This document shows positions 51,501 through 61,613 of a DNA stretch of 64,000 nucleotides, piece after piece. The notes beneath the pieces were generated by a model. It searched no databases and was not told the DNA's origin. It worked only from the letters and a program-made list of their open reading frames with translations. Numbering within the stretch: position 1 is the stretch's first letter; each line of letters begins with the position of its first letter. The stretch covers positions 1,302,001-1,366,000 of the forward strand of contig CP158636.1 in assembly GCA_050273025.1 (NCBI GenBank). The letters run 5' to 3'. Both the position numbers and the translations under genes were made by a program. The DNA is from Cenococcum geophilum (Eukaryota).

Positions 51501-53352
51501 AGGGGCGTGCTTTATATAAAAATATTAAAATAGATAGCACCTAGTGGCGTACTATAGTTGGAAGATAATACCACTAGAGTTAAACTATAATATCTATAAT
51601 AAGGAGTTGTTAGGTATAGTTATAGTACTAAAGAAATAAAGAGCATTCTTATAAGGCATAGAAAAACTATTTATAGTTAAGATAGATTATAAAAACCTAA
51701 CGGGATTCCTAACGATAAAGAAACTTAACTAAAGATAGGTTAGATAGGCAGAGATACTTATAGAATACTATTTTAAGATTTAGTATACTAAGGGTATAGA
51801 TAACACACGAGCAGACGCTCTAAGTCGGAAAACTAAACTATAAAACGATGAAAAGCTATTAGGGGCTTTACTGCGAAAAGACACAGACGGATTAATTAGA
51901 TATAATTATCCGAAAATTATAGTAACTTAAGAGAAACTGGATAAGGTTTATAAGTTACTAAAAAGCTTTTAGGTATAAAGAATTCTAAAAGCATAACTAG
52001 AAGATCTATAGACGGATATATACGAAAATTAAGAAATAAAGTATATCCTAAGAAGTATAGCAGAGCAATTTATAGAAGAATTCTATAAGGGATTAACTTA
52101 AGGACATAATGGAGCTATAGGCTTAGTGTTAAGACTCTAGGAGGAGTATATTATTAACGGAATCTAGGGCTTAGCGCGAAAAGTTATAAGAAAATGTCTA
52201 AATTGCTAAAGAAATAAACTAACGAGGCATAAGCTATATAGAGGGCTACAACTTATTAAAATACTAGAGGGACCATAGGAGGTTATATTATAGGACTTTA
52301 TTATAAAGTTATTAAAGTTAAGAGATCCTATTACCAGACAAGATTATAATGTAATCTTAGTAATAGTAAACAAGCTTACGAAGTAGGGATACTTTATAGC
52401 ATACACAGAAGAGATATTAGCAAAAGATATCGCTAGAATTTATATTAAGGAAGTATTTATAAGATATAGAGCACTAAGTAAGATTATATTAGATAGAGAT
52501 TTAAGATTTATAGTAGTATTCTAGGAGGTATTTTTAGCGGAGTAAGGAGTTAGAGCAGTAACTTCTACCGCATATTATCCGCAGACAGACGGTTAAATAG
52601 AAAGATTAAATTAGACACTAGAGCAGTATCTAAGGCACTATATTAATTACACGTAGAATAATTAGGTATTACTGTTACTAGTTATATAGTTTATATATAA
52701 TACAACACCTTAAAAAGGAATAGGCATATTACTATTTAAGGCAAATTATAGATATAAGCTAAGAATATCGTTATTACTATAATAAGTAAAGAAAATAAGT
52801 AGTATAGCTAAAGAGAGAATAAAGACGTTAATAAATCTTTATATAGACCTTATAGAATTAATAAAGAAAGTATAAAAGAGAATAAAAAGGTACTATAATA
52901 CTAAGAGATCTAATATCAGGAAATTTTTTTTCGGGCTCGTTGTTGCAGTTTACGGCAATTTGCGGTAAACTGTACGGTCGCGGCAGTCGTATATGGTCTT
53001 ATGCGGTTTACGCATTTTACGGCAAACTACACAGAGCCTACGTATTTTGCATTAACTTACAGCAAACTATATAGAGCCTACGCATTTTACAGCAACTCGT
53101 AGCAAACGCGCAGAGCCTGTGTATTTTACACGTTTTGTATATTTTATATATTTTATATATTTTACACATTTTGCACATTTTATACATTTTATATTTTGCA
53201 TATTTTATATTCCTATATAACTATATAAAATATAAAGCTATTTATTAAGCAATTATAATAAGGGGGATACCCTTTACAAAGGCTCTAAATTATCAATTAG
53301 CGGTATTCCTAACGATCTGCTAGCTATATACCAATTTCCTAACTAGGCCTAG

Positions 53353-53590
53353 TGCCTACCTGCCTACCTGCCTACCTATCTATCTATCTATCTATACCTA
53401 CCTATACCTACCTATCTATACCTACTATCTATACCTACTATCTATGCCTACCTATCTATACCTACTATCTATGCCTACCTATCTATACCTACCTATCTAT
53501 ACTACCTGTCTATGCCTACCTATCTATACCTACCGTCTATGCCTACCGTCTATGCCTCCTATCTATACTACTATCTATGCCTACCTATTT
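53353..53590. repeat. Degenerate tetranucleotide-based minisatellite (TGCCTACC/TATCTATA)
   Basis: Directly visible. Confidence 0.9.
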
Positions 53591-53701
53591 ATAATTTAGG
53601 GGAAAGGTCGGCCTAATCAAAGGCTCCGCCTGATTTGATTAATCGATTAATTATATTAATTCGAATCGTTCTCTACGGCCGTTCGCTGGCTGTATATTCG
53701 A

Positions 53702-53785
53702 ACGGTGGTCGTCTAGCTCTAGCGACGGTCGACGGTTATCTAGTTCTGGCGACGGTCGACGGTCGTCTGGTTCTAGCGACGGTCC
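53702..53785. repeat. Three copies of a ~27-bp unit GACGGTCGTCTGGTTCTAGCGACGGTC
   Basis: Directly visible. Confidence 0.85.
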
Positions 53786-53934
53786 TCAACTAGCTGCCGT
53801 TCTGGTGCCTCCCTAGGTAGGGAGGATATAAGAAAGAAAGGGTAAAAAATAAGGTGGCTACCTAGGTATATAGATAAGGGGTACACTTAGCAGAGGCACG
53901 TATAGAGGCTATTAGGAATATAGCGGGGACCTAA

Positions 53935-54932
53935 TACAAAGCTTTGTGTAGAGCCTCCGTATATCGCGCAAAGCCTTATACAGAGCCTCTATACGTAGAG
54001 CTTTATATAGAGCTTCGTGCAGAGCTTTATATAGAGCCTCTATATATAAAGCTTCGCGTAAAGCCTTGTGCAGAGCCTCTATATATAGAGCTTCGTATAG
54101 AGCCTTATATAAAGCTTTGTGTAGAGCTTTATATAGAGCCTTATATAGAGCCTTATACAAAGCTTTATGTAGAGCTTTATATAGAGCCTCGCGCAAAACT
54201 TCGTATAGAGCTTTATATAGAGCTTCGTGTAGAGCTTTATACAGAGCTTTATATAGAGCTTCGTGCAGAGCCTCGTATAGAGCTTCGTGCAGAGCCTTAT
54301 ATAGAGCCTCTATACGCAGAGCTTTATATAGAGCCTCGTGTAGAGCCTTATATAAAGCTTTGTGTAGAGCTTTATATAGAGCTTCGTGCAAAGCTTTATG
54401 TAGAGCTTTATATAGAGCTTTGTGTAGAGCTTTATATAGAGCTTCGTATAGAGCTTCGTGCAGAGCCTCATATAGAGCTTCGTGCAGAGCCTCATACAGA
54501 GCCTCTATACGCAGAGCTTCATATAGAGCTTCGTGCAGAGCTTCGTGCAAAGCTTCGTGTAAAGCTTTATGCAAAGCTTCGTGTAGAGCTTCGTGCAAAG
54601 CTTCGTGTAGAGCTTCGTACAGAGCCTTATGTAGAGCTTCGTGTAAAGCTTCGTGTAGAGCTTCGTGCAGAGCCTCGTGTAGAGCTTCGTGCAGAGCCTC
54701 ATACAGAGCCTCTATACGCAGAGCTTCGTATAGAGCTTCGTGCAGAGCTTCGTGCAGAGCTTCGTATAGAGCTTTATGCAGAGCCTCGTGCAGAGCTTCG
54801 TGCAGAGCTTCGTGCAGAGCTTCGTGTAGAGCTTTATACAGAGCCTCGTGCAGAGCTTCGTGCAAAGCTTCGTGTAGAGCTTTATGCAGAGCCTCGTGCA
54901 GAGCTTCGTGCAGAGCTTCGTGTAGAGCTTTA
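53935..54932. repeat. 12-bp minisatellite (GAGCTTCGTGCA)n, roughly 80 units, punctuated by 15-bp variants (GAGCCTCTATACGCA)
   Basis: Directly visible; generates the stop-free HEAL/RAEL/CRAS/TKLY ORFs. Confidence 0.95.
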
Positions 54933-55539
54933 TAGTATTTTTATTGCGTTTTTATTGCAGCCGAAAATTAGGGTCTACTTAAGTCGCAATTTGCGGCGAT
55001 TTATATGGGTAGCCTATGTATTTGTAGCAAATCGCCGCAAGTTGCCACAAATCGCTAAAATCGCGACTTACGCAGGTTTTGCAGACCCCGATTTTCGCTT
55101 GCGACAACGTGCCCAAAAAAAATTTTCCTAATGAAGGGACCAGATCTTAAGGAGGGAGATAAAGTATAGCTACTATATAAAAATTTTAAAAGTTAATAAC
55201 TAAGTAAGAAGTTGGACCACGTTAGACTAGGACCTTTTAAAATTATATAGAGGATTTTACCAGTTACGTTTAAGTTAAACCTACTAGCTAAGATAAAGAT
55301 CTACCCTATACAGCATATCGCAATGCTAGAGCTAGTATATAGAAATATTAAGCCACCGGTTTATAAAGCAGACACGTATAGAGGATAGGAAGAAGATAAA
55401 TAGTAAGTTTTAAGGATTATTAGTTATAAGGACATTAACGATAAAATATAGTATAAGGTTAAGTGGATAGGCTGTAATAAGGCTACCTAGAAGCTACTAA
55501 AGAATTTAAGGAACGCTATAGGAAAGGTATAAGAGTATT

Positions 55540-56188
55540 AGAAGAGATTAGGTTAGGCAGTATTAATAAAAAAGGATTGCTAAAGAATAAGTTACCTAAG
55601 GGGGACCTAAGAAGAGCAGTTGCTAAATTACTTAGATCTATTTCCTTCTTGGCCAAAAGAGAATCCGTTTTTTTATTACTAAGTTTCTATAGACCCTATT
55701 TTATAAGTTTTTACTCCTTAGAATGGACCTTCTTACGAACCTTCTTAAGATGGATTAATTAAGCGGACGCCGTAAGACGAGAGTTAAGGGCTCTTTGCTA
55801 AGCTTTAATAGCCTCTTATTTAGTATTATAGAAACGGCGCAGTTCCGCTAGAGTAATAGATAGTTTATTATCTAGCCGTATAGTAGTAGATTAAATATAA
55901 AACCTTAAGATAAATTAATTAGGGAACCAGACAACTATTAAGGGTAATAAGTCGCGTATATTTAGCATTAAAGACGGAGTAAACGTTATAAGATAAACAA
56001 ATATTTGCTTTAGTGCACTCTAAGTAAGAGGACAGTTATTGTAAAGATGGACTCGCTAACGTAATATAGACTAACCCCTCTTTCAAATAGTAAGAATATG
56101 GAGACGGTATAATCTTACTAAGAGATAATATTATAGTAATAGTACGGACATAACGAGCAGTTAAGGAAGAAGAAATTGCTTTAGGTAT
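55540..56188 (-). pseudogene. Antisense Zn2Cys6/coiled-coil gene of A4 (two exons, intron ~55907-55960)
   Basis: Minus strand (M)PKAISSS...PSPYSYYLKEGLVYITLASPSLQ*LSSYLECTKANICLSYN, then a putative intron, then RLDNKLSITLAELRRF...ALNSRLTASA*LIHLKKVRKKV. Confidence 0.72.
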
Positions 56189-59100
56189 AATAAGTAAAGA
56201 TATTAACCAAATTAATTAGACGGACATTATACCTCTAGTAAATAACTTAGAGATATTAAGGATCTTTAAGGACAAAAATAGAAAGGAGGGAGATGGTATT
56301 ATGGACGCTTTAAGTATAATATTATAACTACTTAGGGAAGAGTTAGAAGAAGCTAGTTAGTTAATTTAAGTACGGTTTAGGATGGAGCTAATAAAGCTAC
56401 GTAATAAGGAACGGTAACTAAGGTTATATAACGTAATCTATATAATCTATAAGATCTATATAATTTGTAATAAAGTAGATAGAGTATACGTATATTACGT
56501 ATAAGAAGGATTTTATAGGAGTACGGTTATATATTTAAGGACCCTTAGTCCCTACCTAGATAGTTCCTTCCTTATAATAATTCTTAGAATACAATTAGAG
56601 TTAATCTGTTAGGCAACTACTCCACTAGTTATTATTACGTTGTTAACTTTTATACTTGCATTTCCTACACACCTAGCCTAATAACGAGCCTATTGTAGTT
56701 CCTGCTATAAGGTTCCGTTACAACTTAAGCCTTTATTATAGACCTACAAAATCCGCAAACTAACTTAGATGCCTACTTTACGGACCGCCGCTATTGCTAG
56801 CAGTACCCGTATCGACTAGGTCCTACCTATAACCCCTATAGCAACTCCTATATAAAAGTATACCCCTATAGACAAACCAATTAGAGGTGCTTTATATATA
56901 GTAAGGAAGGATATTAGTCTATAAAGCATACCTAAGAAGAACGTAATAAGTCTAAGAAGAGATTTAACAGACGGATTAACTAGTTTATCTTAGACTATAA
57001 AGGAAAGGAAGTAAAAGAGTCTCTTAACGAGTTAATAGAAGCCCTTATAATTAATTTTAACTTAGATACTTAGGAATAGGAGACCTTAGAGACGTTCTTA
57101 ACTACTTTTAGACCTTTTATGGACAGCTAAGCCTTTAATATTACAACCGTATTAGCCGACCGCTCCTTTACACACTTAATTGCACCTGAAAACTGGCCCA
57201 TAAGTATACCCGTTGGACCCATTACGGACATTACGGACCGCGAATAAGACCTATTTATATATATTACTATAGAACGCTACACCCCCAAAGAATTCTATAG
57301 CGTTATAATCGATATAGGTGCCTCTAAGAAGTCTACTATAGGTTACGGACAGTACCTTATATATAAGACCACCGTAAATAATAATATAGATATTAATACT
57401 ATGCAAACTAGGGCCGTAAACGTCTAATTCGGCATCGACTTAACCATATTAATTGGATTAGTTGCAGTTAAGACCCTAATTAGCCTAGTTAACTTCTACG
57501 TAGTAAAAGCGGACACCCCTTTTCTACTCTATCTTGCGGATATAGATAGGTTATAGGTTTACTATAATAATATTACGGACACCGTAATTAGCCCTATAAC
57601 TGCCCTAGGAAGTAAGCATATTACCCTACCAATTATACGACGATTTAGACACCCGTTCCTTATATAGAGAGAGACATTATAGACCTATATTTAGGAATCT
57701 TTTAACTATAACCCGTACTACCTTACTAGTACTAAAATCTACCACCTATACCGCTGTTTTGGCTACCTATTAGCCGAAAAGCTATATAGAGTCCTTAAAC
57801 GCTCTGGACACGATAACGTTAATAAGAGGGCAATTAACCACCTAACTAAATACTGCTCCTTTTGCTAGAAATACGGACGTTCTCTAGGCCGATTTAAGTT
57901 TACCCTTTATAAGGATCTTAATTTCAACTACTTAGTGTACGTAGACATTATATACATTAACGGTAGCCTAGTATTATATATAATTAACGAGGCAACCCGC
58001 TATTAAGCCGCCCGTTAGTTATAAAATATATCTATAAAATATACTTAGGACATTTTATAAACCTACTGGATTAATATATACCTTAGACCTCCTAAGTATA
58101 TTACCTACAACGCTAGTAGGAACTTTATTAGTAAGGAATTCCAACAGTACGCTATGGCTATAGCTATTTTAATAAAAGCCGTTCTAGTTAAGGCGCACTA
58201 GTCCGTTAGGCTTATTAAAAGAGCTTACCTAGCTCTATAAAGAGCTTACTAGATTATTACGGACGAGTATAAGAATATCTAAAAGGAACTGGCTTTACAG
58301 ATGGCCGTAAAAGCTATTAACGACACCGCTGGCCCTAACAGACTAGTACCTACCCTCTTAGTTTACAAAGCCTACCCAAAAATAAGCAACCTAGGCCCTC
58401 CTGCCCCGTCTATTATGGATTAAGTAGCTGTAATACGGAAGGCAATAGCCGAAATAGTTAAATTACGGGCTAAACAAACTGTTAATAACGCTCTGTACTA
58501 CCGCAACGGACCTAATACAACTTTAGTATACAACCTCCCGCTTAATTCTAAAGTCCTTGTATAGCGTAAGAACGGTAATTAGACTAGACCTTATCGTTTA
58601 CTAGCTATAGAAGACAAAACGTACTACGTATAACTTTTTAGCAGACCAACTAGCTTTAGAAGCACGTCTGTAAAACCCTATTTTTGGTCTAAAAACACCT
58701 ATAACGTTAAACTAGAAGAACTAGAAGCACCCGCCGAACTAGATAAACTAAAAGCACCCTTACCTACTCTGAAAGTCCCCCACAAACCCACTAAACCTAC
58801 TAAACCTGCCGTAAAGCGTAGCTGAGGACGCCCCCAAAAGTACCCCGTAACGGAAAACTACCTAACCTCCGTAGGCATATCTATAAGGCAATCTCCGCCT
58901 GCGGATATATTAGTTCTAGTATAGGAAACCCCTTTTACGGACTTACGACATAAAGAGATTAACGGACTACTTAAGAAGGGCGTCTTTGCGGTTATAACGG
59001 AGAAGACGTTCCGTAAGGCGTCCGTATATTTAACTTACGCTTTATTAACGAAATTAAATACCCTAGTACTAACAAAGCCTTTAAAAAATTAAGGCTCGTT

Positions 59101-61613
59101 ATATAAGCTTATAACGACTAGGGAAAGGACTTAGTCCTTATACAATCGCCTATAATTTAACGGGTTAGCTAATAGATTATACTTACACTTACGCCGGGAC
59201 TATAGCAAACTAAACCCGTAGCCCTATACTTACGGGACATCTTATAAGCCTATATACAGTCTAATACCTACCTAAGTAGGGACATCTTTATACGACTACC
59301 CCTTAAGCTTAATTTGTAACCAGGAATAATTTTATAGGTTATAAAACCTCTTTACGGAGTACTAGAAGCCGGAAACTATTGGTTTAAGACGTACTACTAG
59401 CATTACGTTAGTAAACTTAAAATGGAATAATTAACCTACAACCCTTGCCTCCTATACACCCTATTAAACAGCCTTAGTATTATTAGACTCTAAATAGATA
59501 ATACCCTCTTCCTAGCAGACTAAACCTTTACGGATGCTAAAGAAACTAAACTATAAAAGGCTAAGTTCTTAGTAAAGCCGTAAGAGTAGTTAACTAAGCA
59601 GAATCTAATTAAGTTTAATAAAGGCCTAATTATATAAAAGGGCAACCTAATTAAGCTAACTTAGGAACGCTAAGCTTAAAACCTAAAGCTTGTTATAGTA
59701 AAGCCTATAAACCTTACCAGTTCCCGTAAAGAGACCCGTAAAACCATAAATACGAAGGACTAATACGCTATATAGCGTGCAAGAGGCGCCTATATTGCTA
59801 CAGTCTGTTAGCCTAAATCTGCCTATAATTTATTCTTTGCGGCCTAGGCAACAGACCTATAAGAGGAAAATATTAAGCAGCTTAATAAGCGTATTTAGTA
59901 GCAAATTAACAATGCAGTAAGGGGACTTACTTTTATACCACTAAACCTAAACTCCCTTAACCTACTAGCATTTATAAATGCCTCCTTTACTAATAATAAA
60001 GACCTATTATTACAAATTAGCTTTATAATTGTACTTACGGACCATAATTAGGACGTAAATATACTATATTAGTCTTTAATTAAGTGTAAATAAGTAACCC
60101 GTAGTGTACTAGCTTTTAAACTATATACACTAGCTTATAGATTTAATATAGCAGCCGCAATTAAATTAACGGTCTAGAAGATTCTATAACTAGAGTAGTT
60201 ACCCCTAGTTTTATACACCGATTTAAAGTCCCTCTATAACTGCCTAGTTAAACTAGGTACAATATAAAAGAAGAGGCTTATAGTTGACCTAATATACTTA
60301 CATTAGGCCTACGAACGACGTGAAATTACGGAGGTTAAATAGATTAGCGGCGGAAGTAACCTAGTAGACGCTATAACTAGGGTAAAGCTGTATTAAGCCC
60401 TTAAAACCCTAATTAACATAAATAAGCTCAATCTAAAGGTTATAGAATGAGTAGAACGAGACTAATAGAGTACTATGGTTTATTTACGGCCCGTCGGAAG
60501 GCCGTACGGTATATTTACGGCCCGTCGGAAGGTCGTACGGTTTACTTTACGGACCGTAAGTAGGACTTACGGCCCGCTTAGAGTACCGTTTAGAAGGCAG
60601 CCCAGAAGACACCTTAGGAGGGATCTCCTATAGATTTCTTATATATTTCTTTTGTGTTTTACGGTTCTACTAAAGCAATTACGGAGGCTATATATAAGTG
60701 GTTCCATTTTTTAAGTACCGTCAGTATATAATTACAGCACCTGTCGTACCAACCGCGTGCCTACGCGTTTGGTACGCCAGGCACGCGTTTACGCGTTTAG
60801 TGCACTAACCACTTACTTATGCGTCTAGTGCACTTATAAAGTACTAACTAATTAGGGGGAGGACGTATTAGTATATAGACTACGTAGTCTACTTGAATAC
60901 AAGAGACAGTCACCACCATCCCAAAGAGCATACGATACTATACGTATTTCGTGCCCTGGGATATAACTCACTTATACCATTAAGTTAGTATAAACACATA
61001 AGGTAATTCCATATAAATTAATTAAGTTCTCCTTACTATAGATATTCTTCTTATATATATTAAGCGTGCTTTTATTACCTATAAGAAGAATAAAGACTTA
61101 GTTGCTTAAATTTAACGTTGCTAAAAAAAGTATACTTTATACTACCAGCATACAGATAATTTACCCCTCTATACTACCGTACTTGTTCTCTATCCTACCT
61201 ATTATATAAGATATATTAAAGCGAACTAAAAGAAGGCCTAGTAAACGCCAGCCTTATAAAAGGTTAAAGAGTTTTAGAAGCAATATAAAGAGATTTATTA
61301 AGCCGAAATACCGTATAATTATATTAAAAGCAATTTTCTCTAAGAACAGAAGCCTTTTAATAAGTATAATTAGATTCTAGAAGGGCTTAGAAATAATATT
61401 AAAGTAAATAAAGATAAAGATAAGTACAATAATTACTGTTCTAAAGTATTATACGATATTTAAAGCCAGCTAGCACTTTAGTAGTAGTGCTAGGATTAGC
61501 AACGAAAGAGATAGCCCCTTCTTTTATAATTTATAATTAAAATTCTTTTAATTCCTACTATAAGCGATAAGCTAGAGAGGGTATTTTCTAGAGGACGTTG
61601 TATAATTATATGG

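Larger units (their letters stand above)
52914..55133. mobile_element. Non-autonomous TIR DNA element (2.2 kb), CA...TG ends, 2-bp TSD, filled with minisatellites; tentatively CMC/EnSpm-like
   Basis: Left (C>T)ATCAGGAAATTTTTTTTCGGGCTCGTTGTTGCA vs right (rc) CATTAGGAAAATTTTTTTTGGGCACGTTGTCGCA (~33-bp imperfect TIR); the empty site in A1/A2 is agagatctAAgggac, with AA duplicated here (52912-52913 / 55134-55135). Confidence 0.8.
46559..56722 (+). mobile_element. Ty3/Gypsy family A, copy A4 (nested in E gag; interrupted by the TIR element)
   Basis: 426-bp LTRs at 46559-46984 and 56297-56722; TSD ACTTA (46554-46558 / 56723-56727); gag ATG 47030; RT VYLNDII at 51031. Confidence 0.95.
45360..60465 (+). 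pseudogene. E gag-pol, RIP-degenerate (interrupted 46559-56727)
   Basis: Motifs listed for element E; CX2CX4CX4H finger remnant at ~56888-56930; stop at 60463-60465. Start approximate. Confidence 0.85.
44650..60996 (+). mobile_element. Ty1/Copia LTR retrotransposon of GalEa type, element E (interrupted by A4)
   Basis: 272-bp LTRs at 44650-44921 and 60725-60996; TSD CATAA (44645-44649 / 60997-61001); CTGATTAGT after the 5' LTR; Copia order: PR (IIDIGAS ~57305), IN (L(H)RCFG(H), AVKAINDTAGP ~58305), RT (KPLYGVLEAGNYW ~59344; L*IDNTL = LQTDDTL ~59488), RH (NASFTNNKD, TDLKSLYN). Confidence 0.93.
34842..61613 (+). mobile_element. hAT-superfamily DNA transposon, split by A3, E and C2 (pieces 34842-34852, 43139-44649, 61002-61613); 3' end beyond the window
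   Basis: Terminus CAGGGGTCTTA|ACGATT; subterminal ATCGCGATT repeats 43150-43225; transposase from ATG 43294 with BED-finger remnant, INI*ISLN (=DIWTSPN), ITDNSGINN, RICC*GHIINL, TR*NS* (=TRWNSW) and dimerisation motif IPTISDKLERVFSRG at ~61551-61595. Confidence 0.88.

Noticed and set aside
53352..53594. 80-aa Y/L/P/T-rich ORF
   Set aside because: Translation of a simple-sequence array.
53935..54932. CRISPR-like array
   Set aside because: Head-to-tail repeats with no unique spacers, no cas genes, and a eukaryotic RIP context.
53912..55131. Long ORFs of 289-395 aa (HEAL, RAEL, CRAS repeats) as real genes
   Set aside because: All are readings of one 12-bp minisatellite whose unit lacks stops in several frames; there is no unique domain.
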